DNA from: a virus
Virus record (IMG/VR): IMGVR_UViG_2902405164_000001
Location: 1,012 to 65,011 of that record
Reading direction: 5' to 3' (one strand)
Length of the DNA: 64,000 bases
Shown: one piece after another, positions 43,105 through 52,578 of the stretch
Position numbering within the stretch: position 1 is the stretch's first letter
How the letters are laid out: every line of letters begins with the position of its first letter
Translations under genes and position numbers: made by a program
Notes under the pieces: generated by a model
Database searches by the model: none
Told to the model about the DNA's origin: nothing
The model's input: the letters and a program-made list of their open reading frames with translations, nothing else

Positions 43105-43500
43105 ATGAGAATTCGCAAGGTCGACGCGACAGGCGACGCCATTTTCGGTGGCGACCAAGCCTCTATCTGGCGCGACGTTCCCGACGCGGTCGGCGTCCTC
43201 GTCGAAGCCCGGCTGAACCTCTGGCAGGAGCAGTGGTGGCTGGATCGCTCTGAGGGCACGCCCTACGAGCAACAGGTGCTCGGCAAGCGCACCGAAGGCC
43301 TGCGCGATCCCGCCCTGCAGGCTCGCATCCTCGACACCCCCGGCGTGGTCGAGATCGAAGCCTACAGCAGCGTTCTTGATCGCCAGACCCGCGCTCTGGC
43401 CGTCTCGGCCACCATCCAGACCGTCTACTCGCGCGCCTACCTCGCGGGGCAGGGCGCCAACACCGCCAACATCACCGTCAAGGTCGAGAACGGTCGCTAA
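43105..43500 (+). CDS. Baseplate wedge/sheath initiator (gp25/W-like)
   Basis: MRIRKVDATGD..FG...WWLDRSEGTPY. Confidence 0.8.
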   Translation: MRIRKVDATGDAIFGGDQASIWRDVPDAVGVLVEARLNLWQEQWWLDRSEGTPYEQQVLGKRTEGLRDPALQARILDTPGVVEIEAYSSVLDRQTRALAVSATIQTVYSRAYLAGQGANTANITVKVENGR

Positions 43501-44702
43501 TGGGCGCTACCCCTGTCTGCCAGATCACGGCTGCCGGCTGCGTCCGCCCGACCTTCGCGGACTGCCTCGCCTACGTCCAGACGTCCTATCGGGCGATCTA
43601 CGGCCAGGATTTGAACCTGGACCCGGCCACGCAGGACGGCCAATTCCTCGCGCTTCTCGCCTACGCAATCCATGACGCCAACGGCGAGACGCTGGCGGCC
43701 TATAACTCGTTCTCGCCCAGCACGGCGCAGGGTACGGGGCTTGACCGCAACGTCAAGCTGAACGGCATCCGGCGCAAGCGGGCGACCTATTCCACTGCTC
43801 CCTTCCTCATCGTTGGGCAGGCCGGCATTGAGATCGACGGCGGCATCGTCACCGATGCGGCTGGCAATCAGTGGGCTCTACCGTCTGTTGTTGTCATTCC
43901 CGACATCGGGCAGATCACCGTCACGGCCACCTGCCAGACCATCGGAGCAATCACCCTCTCTGCAGGCGCCGTCGACACCGCCAACGGCAAGGGTTCCATC
44001 GCGACCATCACCCGCGGCTGGCAGACAGCCACGAACACTGCGGCAGCTTCCGTCGGCCTCGCCGTAGAGACGGACAGCGCACTCCGGCAGCGCCAAGCCA
44101 TCTCTACGGCCCTGCCGTCCCAGCGCCTCATCGACGGCTTGACCGGCGCCTTGGCCGCCATTGCAGGCGTCAACCGCCTGAAGGTCCACGAGAACCCGAC
44201 CAATGCTCGGGACGTCAACGGCATCCCGGGCCATATGATCGCGGCCGTGGTCGATGGTGGCGACCCTGCGGCCATCGCATCCGTGATTGAGCTGAAGAAG
44301 GGGCCGGGCGTCTCAACGTTCGGCACGACGGTGCAGACCGTTCAGCCTATCGACAACAGCACGATCCCGCAGGACGTGGCGTTCTTCTACCTGACCCAAG
44401 TTCCGATCACGTACCAAGTCACGGTGCGCAATCTCGGCGGATATACGGCCTCGGCCGAGGGTATCTGGAAAGCAGCGCTCGCGGATTTCGTGAACGGCCT
44501 GGCGATCGGCGAAGACGTGGAATGGGATCAGGCCTTCGCGGCAGCCAAGAACTTCGACGGCCTCGGATCTAAGACGTTCAAGATCATCTCGTTCAAGCAG
44601 GCGAGGGATGGGGGCACGCCAACGGAGGCCGATGTGCCGATTGCCTTCTATGAGGCCGGCATGTGCTCGGCGGCCAACATCGCCGTGACGGTCCAGGCCT
44701 AG
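43500..44702 (+). CDS. Baseplate J-like protein
   Basis: TQDGQ...A.G..LD, ETDSALRQRQ. Confidence 0.92.
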   Translation: MGATPVCQITAAGCVRPTFADCLAYVQTSYRAIYGQDLNLDPATQDGQFLALLAYAIHDANGETLAAYNSFSPSTAQGTGLDRNVKLNGIRRKRATYSTAPFLIVGQAGIEIDGGIVTDAAGNQWALPSVVVIPDIGQITVTATCQTIGAITLSAGAVDTANGKGSIATITRGWQTATNTAAASVGLAVETDSALRQRQAISTALPSQRLIDGLTGALAAIAGVNRLKVHENPTNARDVNGIPGHMIAAVVDGGDPAAIASVIELKKGPGVSTFGTTVQTVQPIDNSTIPQDVAFFYLTQVPITYQVTVRNLGGYTASAEGIWKAALADFVNGLAIGEDVEWDQAFAAAKNFDGLGSKTFKIISFKQARDGGTPTEADVPIAFYEAGMCSAANIAVTVQA

Positions 44703-44712
44703 GCGTTCCGAC

Positions 44713-45624
44713 ATGGCCAATTACAACATCACCGCGGACTCGACGCTCGTCGCGATCAACGGCGATTTCCCGACCGCTGATGCCAATCCTTACGCGCTCC
44801 CGCCGGCCATTACGAAAACGGCCGATGCCTACATGGGGCTTATCACGCCCTGGCAGGCCAACTCGGTCAAGGCCCGTTTCCTCGCGACGGTCCGGGCGAA
44901 CGTGCAGCCTCAGGCTGACGTTCAGGCTTTCGTCGCAGGCCTACCGCAGGCTTTCGACGTTGACGAGGCCATCGGCGTACAGCTTGACATCGACGGGCAG
45001 TGGATCGGGCGCGACCGCTACGTGCCTATCCCCCTACCTGACACGACCTTTGCTCTTGGCATTGAAGGCCGCGGTCTCGGGCAAGGGTACTGGCGGACCA
45101 ACTATGACGGCGAGAATGCCATCTCGTCCCTTCCCGACAGCCTCTACCGCCCGCTTCTCTACGCCAAGATCCTCGCGAACCGGTGGGACGGAACCGCTAC
45201 CATGGCGGTGCAGATCGTCCGCACGTACCTGACGGACCCGTCCACCATCGTGTTCGCGAATGACGGGGCGCGGGCGATCGTACCTCACCAAGGCGATGTG
45301 ATCTTCTCGCTCGGCGTTCCAGGGGCCGGCCTTGGGCAGGGCCGCTGGCTCGGCAAGATGGAATACCCTGCGACGCCCAAGCGCGTCGGCATGGCCTATA
45401 GCATCTGCATCTCCGGTAAGCTGCCGTCGCGAACCGATCTCTACATTCTCGCGAACGATCTCCTGCCGGTGAAGGCGATGGGCGTTGACGCCCGCATCTC
45501 CGTGACCTCGACCGACGGTGCTCCCGTCTTCGGGCTCGGCATGAACAACAGCCAGATCGGCGGCCTTGGCGTCGGGGCCTGGGGCCGAGATCCCGCGACC
45601 GTCGCCGCCACGCTGGTCGCCTAA
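44713..45624 (+). CDS. Baseplate wedge protein (DUF2612-like)
   Basis: FDVDEAIGVQLDIDGQWIG, YAKILANRWDG. Confidence 0.85.
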   Translation: MANYNITADSTLVAINGDFPTADANPYALPPAITKTADAYMGLITPWQANSVKARFLATVRANVQPQADVQAFVAGLPQAFDVDEAIGVQLDIDGQWIGRDRYVPIPLPDTTFALGIEGRGLGQGYWRTNYDGENAISSLPDSLYRPLLYAKILANRWDGTATMAVQIVRTYLTDPSTIVFANDGARAIVPHQGDVIFSLGVPGAGLGQGRWLGKMEYPATPKRVGMAYSICISGKLPSRTDLYILANDLLPVKAMGVDARISVTSTDGAPVFGLGMNNSQIGGLGVGAWGRDPATVAATLVA

Positions 45625-45701
45625 CCAGCCTCTTCCTCATCCCTCCCGCTCGCCGTCGCGCTCATCCGCGGCGCGCGGCTGCCTGCGCGTGAGATCCACA
45701 C

Positions 45702-46637
45702 ATGCCCACCAATGGCTTTCTGCCCAACTCGACCGGCGTCGGCGCCGTCGTCCTCAATGATGCCGACTATGCCGCAAGCGATGCGATCACGCAGGGAGCG
45801 CAGGTCGGCGAACTGCCGCCACAATACTATAACAAGGTGAACCGACAGACCTCGGTCATCGCCTCAATGATCGGCCAGTTCATCGTCGATAATGCGGCCG
45901 TTGACGCGAACGACAGCCAGAGCATCGCGACGCTTGAAGGCAACTTCATTCTTGGGCTGAAGGCGGTTTTGACCGGTCTTGCTACTTCGGTGGCGACGAC
46001 CGTTTACAAGAACATGCCTCCCGTCCAGCAGATTTTTGTAGACCCAGTCAACGGGTCCGAAACCAATGACGGAACCACGTCATCAAAAGCCCGCAAGGAT
46101 CTTGACACCGTACTTGACGAGCAGAAGAACGTCGGAACAGCCATCATTCTTCTGAACAACGCTCAGCTTATCCGGCGACGGAACGTCTATGCGTTTTTAG
46201 CGATATATGGTGCGCAAATCTCTGGGAATGCGCAGGGCTGGACGGCAACGCCGCGAGTCATCCAGTTTATCGGAACCGCAACGAACTCCCCTCTCCCTGA
46301 CGGCTCAACGTTCGGCTCAGGGTTCTGGCTCGACGGTCCGACGTTCGTTACCGATCAAATCATCTGGTCTATTCCGACCCAGGCTCCGAGCCAGACTTAT
46401 AACGATCACATCCGTTCCGAGTACGGAACGGGCGTGCTGATCGTCGGCTCGACGCTCAACGTGGCAGAAACTAACGCCGGCTTTCTTCTCGGAGCGTCTG
46501 CGGCGACGGTCCCGTTCGATAGCTTCCTCGATATCGGGCTGAACGCTGGGGCTCCCGGGCATCTGTTCCGTGGGGTTATCGCAGGGGCAAACCCCAACAC
46601 CCTGTTCCAGTACCGCAGCAACGTCACTTCGGCCTGA
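45702..46637 (+). CDS. Tail fibre protein
   Basis: NKVNRQTSVIASMIGQFI anchor; FVDPVNGSETNDG. Confidence 0.75.
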   Translation: MPTNGFLPNSTGVGAVVLNDADYAASDAITQGAQVGELPPQYYNKVNRQTSVIASMIGQFIVDNAAVDANDSQSIATLEGNFILGLKAVLTGLATSVATTVYKNMPPVQQIFVDPVNGSETNDGTTSSKARKDLDTVLDEQKNVGTAIILLNNAQLIRRRNVYAFLAIYGAQISGNAQGWTATPRVIQFIGTATNSPLPDGSTFGSGFWLDGPTFVTDQIIWSIPTQAPSQTYNDHIRSEYGTGVLIVGSTLNVAETNAGFLLGASAATVPFDSFLDIGLNAGAPGHLFRGVIAGANPNTLFQYRSNVTSA

Positions 46638-46666
46638 CCGGTCGCGATTAGGACGAGGGATCACCT

Positions 46667-47194
46667 ATGAGCACGTTCGACCGGCTGAACGCGACTGCGT
46701 TGACCGTGGATATCGACGGGATCGGCTATCGCGGCACCACGCTGGCTCAGCTTATGGCGCCGCCACGCTCTTTGACTGAGGCGCAGGTTCTTCCTGCAAT
46801 CCAGAGCGTTTTGAAGGGCTGGGTGGACGAGCAGGCCGAAGCCCTGCGCCAGAAGGTGATGACCGCTGGCGCCGGTCAGGCCATGGAATATCAAGAGGTG
46901 CGAGATGAGGCGAAAGCCGTCTTAGCGCTAGACGACCCGACGAAGGCATCGGGATCTGATTTTCCGATGCTGTCGGCTTCTATCGGGACGAACCTAGACC
47001 CGAACACAGGCAAGCCGACGTCGGACATTGCTGGCGAAGCGCGAGCAGCTAGCGAGGAAGCCAAGGCATGGCTTGCGATCGGTGCGCCGATTAGGGGTGC
47101 GCGGCTGAAGGGAAAGCAGTCGGTCGATAAGGCCGCCACCATCGCGGACGCCTGCGCGGTTGTCGACGCCATCTCCTGGCCCGCGCTGAGCTGA
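46667..47194 (+). CDS. Tail fibre assembly/chaperone-like protein
   Basis: GQAMEYQ..RDEA helical pattern; follows fibre. Confidence 0.6.
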   Translation: MSTFDRLNATALTVDIDGIGYRGTTLAQLMAPPRSLTEAQVLPAIQSVLKGWVDEQAEALRQKVMTAGAGQAMEYQEVRDEAKAVLALDDPTKASGSDFPMLSASIGTNLDPNTGKPTSDIAGEARAASEEAKAWLAIGAPIRGARLKGKQSVDKAATIADACAVVDAISWPALS

Positions 47195-47198
47195 CGCC

Positions 47199-48917
47199 AT
47201 GCCGATCGTTCCTGTCAATACGGGCACGCGCCCGAACGACGGCACGGGAGACAGCCCCTCCGTCGCTTTCGGAAAAACCAACGATAACGCGACCTACCTT
47301 GATCTAGCCAAACTGGACAAGGTGGGGGACGGATCAAGGCTGACGGGCGTCACCAAGCCTGCGGACTTGCCTGCCGCAGTCGCAGCGCAGGCGCCAAACG
47401 TCTCGCTGCCCATCGGCATCGGCTCCAGCTTGCCTTCGCCGTCGCTGGCGAAGATCGCGCGTGGGCAGGTGCCGATCTTCGATATGTTCGACGGGGCTGT
47501 CCGAGACGGCTCTACCGCGAACGAACCGCTGCTCAACCAGATGCTGAGCGACTTCAACGGCGCCGAGGTTCTGCCGAGTGGCCAGGGTCGTGGTCCGATC
47601 CTGGCGAAGAATAGCCCGATCATCGTACCGCCCAACGCTAAGCTGAGAAGCGTCGGCGGTGTGCAGAAGGCCGTCATCACCCGGCTGCACGGCTACACGG
47701 GCGATACCATGCAGATGGGATCCCCCACGGCTGGCGCCGGGACTGCGGAAGTGGACGGGTTCTGGCTGCTCCAGCCTGACAGATTGTTAGGCGCTATCCC
47801 GACGAGCACAACGAGTCTCCCGGGCCGCATCACGACGGCAATGACGCCTGTGTCGACGATCGTTGTTCCGACTTCCGCGGCATCTCTCGCCACACATCTC
47901 CGTGTCTATGGCAGTCAGGGCGGCGGTTTCCGAGGCTGGGCCACGGGCATGCCTTCCGCGGTCGTTCAGCACGGCGGCGACGGGTTCATGCTCGATCTGG
48001 AATATTTCGGCGGAGTTTGGGATCGCTTGCGACCGGCGCTCCAAGAAAGTTTCGCTGTTCTGACGACCATTTGGGATCCGGTGCACGGATATCCAACCAA
48101 GACGAGGGTTGTTCGGCCGAACTGGATCGGCGGCAACGTCAGCGCCGAACTTCGCGCGGTTCCAATCAACAACAAGACCTACTCGGCAAACGAGCGCCTG
48201 GGTCCTTACTGCGGCTGGTGGCACGCGGCCGGCGAATGCTGCGGGGTCGAGGCCGGGTTTACCGGGGGGTTTAATCATTCGAACTTCTTATTTTACCCGG
48301 GCGGTCCTGAACTGGTCAACGGCTCTCCGGCATGGGTCCAAATTCGACCGAAAATTCATCTCTCGGACATCGACGAGAGTATGGAGTTCGGGATCAGGGT
48401 TCACCGGAGCGACACGTCGCAGGCTGTCGTCAATCGGCCCAGTTTCTTCGGAAACGATCTCCACGGCCAGACGATCGGGCAGGGCGGCATTGAGATCACT
48501 GCGGCCGATGGGCTGTATTCGGTCTCACGCCTCAAGATGGTGGCGAACCGATTGTGCGGCTATCAGGGCGCCGGGATGCGCTTACTGGCGGTTGATGGCG
48601 GAGAAGTCATATCGACCGACATCAATGGATACAATATCGCAGCGTTCGACACGACACAGGGCGATCCGATCGATTATGGTGTGGGTGCACTTTTGGGCGG
48701 GACAACGCGCAATGTGTCCGTTCACGGCATCCGCGGCGGCGGCGGCGTCAACAACGACACCGATGTCAACAACTGCCAATGGGTGTTCGTAGACACCACT
48801 TCAGGATCGACCACTCCGCCGAACCAGGGCAACACCTATCGGTACGTGCGCCCGATCAACCTGGGGCTAGCGCCTGGCGTCGCTGTTGCCGCAGGCACGA
48901 ACGACACCGGGAGCTGA
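47199..48917 (+). CDS. Tailspike/receptor-binding protein, probable beta-helix depolymerase
   Basis: NTGTRPNDGTGD...AF.K.NDN anchor; Gly/Asn-rich beta-helix-like body. Confidence 0.7.
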   Translation: MPIVPVNTGTRPNDGTGDSPSVAFGKTNDNATYLDLAKLDKVGDGSRLTGVTKPADLPAAVAAQAPNVSLPIGIGSSLPSPSLAKIARGQVPIFDMFDGAVRDGSTANEPLLNQMLSDFNGAEVLPSGQGRGPILAKNSPIIVPPNAKLRSVGGVQKAVITRLHGYTGDTMQMGSPTAGAGTAEVDGFWLLQPDRLLGAIPTSTTSLPGRITTAMTPVSTIVVPTSAASLATHLRVYGSQGGGFRGWATGMPSAVVQHGGDGFMLDLEYFGGVWDRLRPALQESFAVLTTIWDPVHGYPTKTRVVRPNWIGGNVSAELRAVPINNKTYSANERLGPYCGWWHAAGECCGVEAGFTGGFNHSNFLFYPGGPELVNGSPAWVQIRPKIHLSDIDESMEFGIRVHRSDTSQAVVNRPSFFGNDLHGQTIGQGGIEITAADGLYSVSRLKMVANRLCGYQGAGMRLLAVDGGEVISTDINGYNIAAFDTTQGDPIDYGVGALLGGTTRNVSVHGIRGGGGVNNDTDVNNCQWVFVDTTSGSTTPPNQGNTYRYVRPINLGLAPGVAVAAGTNDTGS

Positions 48918-48919
48918 CC

Positions 48920-49141
48920 ATGGGGAAACTCAAGAAGAATGCAGACGGTACTTTCTCGATCGTTCACACGGCCAATGAGGTGAGCGCGGCCGAAGCGGCG
49001 AATGTGAAAACGGCCGACGCCAGGCAAGCTCAGGCCGAAGCCGATGCCGCCGCAGCGCAGCAGCGCTACGAAGACCGTATTGCGCGGGTCGCTGAGAGCC
49101 TGCCGGCGGACGGTGATCAGACCAGCGATCATGCGTCCTAA
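48920..49141 (+). CDS. Small hypothetical protein
   Basis: GGAG upstream; coiled-coil. Confidence 0.6.
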   Translation: MGKLKKNADGTFSIVHTANEVSAAEAANVKTADARQAQAEADAAAAQQRYEDRIARVAESLPADGDQTSDHAS

Positions 49142-49183
49142 GGTTGCGCGCTGATCCCCTTCTCATCGCCGAGACCGTAACCA

Positions 49184-49582
49184 ATGGCGATCACCGCTAG
49201 CAGCCCCGACGCGTTCTTCGACGGGGAAGATTTTGCGTGGGATGCGGATCTCACCGAAGAAGACGGGGTGACCCCGCTCGTCATCGGAGCCGGGGATCGG
49301 CTGTTCGTCCGCTTCAAAGACGATGCCCGCACGCTCGTTGGCATCTGCGACAGCGCCGCATCGGACCAGTCGCTCGTCATCACCAACGGAGCGGCCGGCG
49401 CGGTATCTTTCCTGATCCCGGCCGCAGGACGAGCCTGGACCCCGCCTTTCCTAGGTTTGCTCCGGCTCGGTATCACCGCGAACGTGTTCGGGGATTTGTA
49501 CCGCTATGCCGCCGGCTCGGCGACCCCGAAGGGCGTTGCCCGATTTGAACTGACGGTGCTCCCTGGAACCGGGGCGGCTTGA
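49184..49582 (+). CDS. BppU-like beta-sandwich virion protein
   Basis: Pattern and position before collagen-like gene. Confidence 0.5.
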   Translation: MAITASSPDAFFDGEDFAWDADLTEEDGVTPLVIGAGDRLFVRFKDDARTLVGICDSAASDQSLVITNGAAGAVSFLIPAAGRAWTPPFLGLLRLGITANVFGDLYRYAAGSATPKGVARFELTVLPGTGAA

Positions 49583-50214
49583 TGGGTGGCGTTTCCCTTC
49601 CCCGCTTCACCGTGACCGCCCGTCAGCGCCCCAGTGTGGCCGTAGCTGCGCAGGGAAGGCCCGTAGTGGCTTCCGTGACGGTTCGGGGGCAACAGGGCGT
49701 CCAGGGAGCGACGGGCCTTCAGGGTCCTCCTGGCACCAACCTCGGCTTCGGCGACATCATCTACACCGACCGCACGTCCGGGCCCGAGGATCGGTTTGAG
49801 GCGAACGTCCGGCAGCAGGTCCGCTTCTCCAGCGCGACGACGACGGTCATGGACAAGCTGCTGCCGCCGTTCGTGGGGCATCAGTTCCTCGCCAACGACC
49901 GGCTCATCGCCCGAGCGCTCAACGACGTCTACAACATTCGCATCAACCTGATCGTCTCGTCGGATGCGTCCAGCACCCGGCTGAAGATGGATTGCGACGC
50001 GCAGTCGGCCTTTGGCCCGCTGCAGGCGGACGACAGCACGCTGTTTCAGTCGGCCGGCATCCCCGAACGGGTGACGTTCAGCTTCGCCATCCAGGTGCAG
50101 GCCAACACCCTTGCCAACGGCGCCGCCTTCTACCTGACCAGCACGCAGCCCGTGACCGTGCTGAGCGAGACCCTGTTCATCATTCCCGCGACGGTGCAGC
50201 CCGAGACCCTGTGA
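49579..50214 (+). CDS. Fibre-associated protein with short collagen-like G-X-Y run
   Basis: GQQGVQGATGLQGPPG. Confidence 0.7.
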   Translation: MMGGVSLPRFTVTARQRPSVAVAAQGRPVVASVTVRGQQGVQGATGLQGPPGTNLGFGDIIYTDRTSGPEDRFEANVRQQVRFSSATTTVMDKLLPPFVGHQFLANDRLIARALNDVYNIRINLIVSSDASSTRLKMDCDAQSAFGPLQADDSTLFQSAGIPERVTFSFAIQVQANTLANGAAFYLTSTQPVTVLSETLFIIPATVQPETL

Positions 50215-50591
50215 TGATCCTGGTCTGGTACGATCCCGACTGTGATGAGATCTGGGTGTCGGGGCAGGAGCAGTCCTATGCCCGGCGCTCGCTAGTGGCT
50301 GGGGCGACCGGCGGCAACATCACCGTCATGATGAAGGCGGCTGTGGCTGGCGATTACGTCGTCAACACGCCCTGGGCCAACGTCGGCAACTGCGACGGGG
50401 TGCCGTTCCCCGATCAGGGATCGGTGCTGGCCTACCTGCAGGACGAGTTCGCCAAGAGCAGGCCGCCCACGTCCGGCCCGCGAGGCCCCGGCATCTTCAC
50501 GGCGCCCGGCGATCCTGACCCGACCTTCGGCATGGTCGGCGACCTCTACCTCGACGCCGTCACCGGCAACCTCTTCACCAAGGGAGACTAG
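50214..50591 (+). CDS. Fibre-module protein ending in GDLYLD motif
   Basis: TGATG start; C-terminus GPRG...GDLYLDAVTGNLFTKGD. Confidence 0.7.
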   Translation: MILVWYDPDCDEIWVSGQEQSYARRSLVAGATGGNITVMMKAAVAGDYVVNTPWANVGNCDGVPFPDQGSVLAYLQDEFAKSRPPTSGPRGPGIFTAPGDPDPTFGMVGDLYLDAVTGNLFTKGD

Positions 50592-50592
50592 T

Positions 50593-50745
50593 ATGGCTTG
50601 GACCAAGCAAGGCAATCTCAAGGGACCGCGCGGCGTCACGTGGTTCACCGGCACGGGCGCGCCGACCACGGCCAACACCACCGGCTCGATCACGGGCGAT
50701 CTCTACCTCGACCTTTCGACCGGCGACATCTACGTCCTATCGTGA
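50593..50745 (+). CDS. 50-aa single fibre-repeat protein (not in track)
   Basis: MAWTKQGNLKGPRGVTWFTGTGAPTTANTTGSITGDLYLDLSTGDIYVLS; GGAG upstream. Confidence 0.8.
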   Translation: MAWTKQGNLKGPRGVTWFTGTGAPTTANTTGSITGDLYLDLSTGDIYVLS

Positions 50746-50753
50746 GGTGAGCC

Positions 50754-51062
50754 GTGGCCTGGGGCAAGATCGGCAACATCAAAGGGCCGGGCTCGCTCGT
50801 GGACCTAGGCTCCATCACGATCGGCCAGTCGGCGACCATCGCCATAGCGGCCGGCATTCGCACTGTCACGGTGACTGTGACCGGGCTTCTGGCCGGTGAC
50901 CGGGTGCTGCTCTCGCCGTTGACCGTGTTCCCCGGCGGGTATCTCGTCGGGCAGCCGGTCGCTCGTGCCGCCAACACCCTAGACGTTCAAGTCTACGCGC
51001 CAGCCCTCGTTATCGGGGCGGCGTACTCGTTCCAGGCGAAAGTGACAGCCGTTCGACCGTGA
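50754..51062 (+). CDS. Fibre-module/tip protein starting with AWxKxGNxKGP
   Basis: GAGG upstream; beta-rich C-terminus. Confidence 0.75.
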   Translation: MAWGKIGNIKGPGSLVDLGSITIGQSATIAIAAGIRTVTVTVTGLLAGDRVLLSPLTVFPGGYLVGQPVARAANTLDVQVYAPALVIGAAYSFQAKVTAVRP

Positions 51063-51065
51063 GCC

Positions 51066-51368
51066 TCACGCCTTAGCGGGCTCGGCGAGGATGTGGTTAA
51101 TCAGAGCTGCAGTTGTGGCACGAGCCGCGTCGCTCCCGATCTCAATCCAAGGAGTGTAGGGGTCATCTGGGTTTGGCAGGCAAGTGGCCCCGGCAGCTTC
51201 TGCTGCGCTTTCGCTCGGCTCCCTCAGAGCCAAGAGAACAGCACGGACGATGGCTTCGGCAGCCTCGTCACGGTCATCAAGGCTGACGGTAGGCCGCCCC
51301 TCATCGTCGTATGGGCAGGGGATCTCGGCTCTCGCCAAGTCGCACAAGCGCTTCATATCAGGCGTCAT
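51066..51368 (-). CDS. Hypothetical protein (inverted cassette)
   Basis: Early-gene-like ORF. Confidence 0.65.
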   Translation of the reverse strand: MTPDMKRLCDLARAEIPCPYDDEGRPTVSLDDRDEAAEAIVRAVLLALREPSESAAEAAGATCLPNPDDPYTPWIEIGSDAARATTAALINHILAEPAKA

Positions 51369-51467
51369 CTCTCTACCCTCTCAGCAGCAACGCGCTTCCA
51401 ACCGTCATCAGACCCCAAGCTAGGGCGATTGAAGTAACGGTAGCGGCAGTGAGGTATTCGGATCGGT

Positions 51468-51734
51468 TCATGGCAGCGGACCTCGGCTGAAAGCGAACAT
51501 CTCGGCAGCGGCCTTGCTCGCGATCCGCTCAAGCATCGGCCCTACAGCCCAACCTTCCTTCCGGCGGAAGGCGCGGACCACTCTGTCATCCTCATCAGCT
51601 TGCCAAGCCATATATAAATCGTAGGGCACCGGGATTTCCAATGTGTCCGGCACCGGCGGCAGGCTAGCGATGATCGCGTTCACATCAGCGATGATCTCAT
51701 CCGGCGTCTTGCCTGCCCAACTAGCCCCGCTCAT
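51468..51734 (-). CDS. Hypothetical protein (inverted cassette)
   Basis: KTPDEIIADVN; coupled. Confidence 0.6.
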   Translation of the reverse strand: MSGASWAGKTPDEIIADVNAIIASLPPVPDTLEIPVPYDLYMAWQADEDDRVVRAFRRKEGWAVGPMLERIASKAAAEMFAFSRGPLP

Positions 51735-52057
51735 CCTTCCGTCCCTTCTATCCGTTCAGGGCAGATGCCGCTCTTCCAGCCGGCGATCTCCAATGCGGGA
51801 GGCGCAGGCCAGAGCGGCGTCACCAACCGGCCATGCTTCTCGGCGAGATTGAAGGCGTGACGGTGGGCGCCGCTCCGATCCAGTGGTTCGCCTTCGACAA
51901 GTGAGATGCGCAGATCTGACGGCTCTCCACCCTGCGCGCGAATATGCTGCCGCAGAGCATCGGCAGTCACGTCCTCTGGCTGGATCGCGTAATTATCGCC
52001 AATCCAGTTCGGGCTCTTGCTTTCCAAAAGCCAGATCCGAAACCGATCTTTGCTCAT
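51731..52057 (-). CDS. Hypothetical protein (inverted cassette); start uncertain
   Basis: Coupled ORF. Confidence 0.55.
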   Translation of the reverse strand: MSKDRFRIWLLESKSPNWIGDNYAIQPEDVTADALRQHIRAQGGEPSDLRISLVEGEPLDRSGAHRHAFNLAEKHGRLVTPLWPAPPALEIAGWKSGICPERIEGTEG

Positions 52058-52092
52058 CCTCTCCTCCAGACGTTGTGTAAGCTTCGCGGGGG

Positions 52093-52329
52093 TTAGGCGG
52101 GACGCCATCGCGTCGGTGTCCAAGCGAGAAGTTCAGCCTCGGTCTCGCTGACCCATCCCTCTGGCAACCAATCTGTGCCGCCGTCGCCGTCATCCATGTC
52201 GAACATCTCTCGCCAGTAGCCGCGAATTTCGTGCGCCCGGTCAGAGAGAACGATCACAGGGCCAAAGATGCCGAACCGCAAGTTCGGCGTAGCCTTCGGA
52301 GCTGTGGCGATGTCCTGCCATTCGCTCAT
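52093..52329 (-). CDS. DUF551-like phage protein
   Basis: MSEWQDIATAPK...W...PTRWRP. Confidence 0.75.
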   Translation of the reverse strand: MSEWQDIATAPKATPNLRFGIFGPVIVLSDRAHEIRGYWREMFDMDDGDGGTDWLPEGWVSETEAELLAWTPTRWRPA

Positions 52330-52526
52330 TTCAGCGCCTCCGCAACATCTGGCCTGACGCCGTAGTGGATCATCAGGTTCAGGCAGAGGGCGACAGAGCC
52401 GGGTATCGGCGCATCGCCAGCCACCCACTTCCGAACCGTCCGACCATCAACGCTGAACAGCCTAGAGGCGCCCATCTGGGTCAGCCCGAGCGCATTCAGC
52501 GCAGCCTTCAGTTCCTTGTGCGTCAC
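52326..52526 (-). CDS. Small XRE-like HTH regulator
   Basis: LGLTQMGASRLFSVDGRTVRKW. Confidence 0.85.
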   Translation of the reverse strand: MTHKELKAALNALGLTQMGASRLFSVDGRTVRKWVAGDAPIPGSVALCLNLMIHYGVRPDVAEALK

Positions 52527-52532
52527 GCTCTG

Positions 52533-52561
52533 ACGATAGGACTTTAGGGCCTACCCCGCAA
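52533..52561 (-). promoter_or_regulatory. Putative sigma70 promoter, leaderless, with imperfect palindrome in spacer
   Basis: TTGCGG-N17-TATCGT, 6 nt before GTG 52526; TAGG...CCTA dyad. Confidence 0.6.
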
Positions 52562-52578
52562 GCAAAATCAGGCTACTC

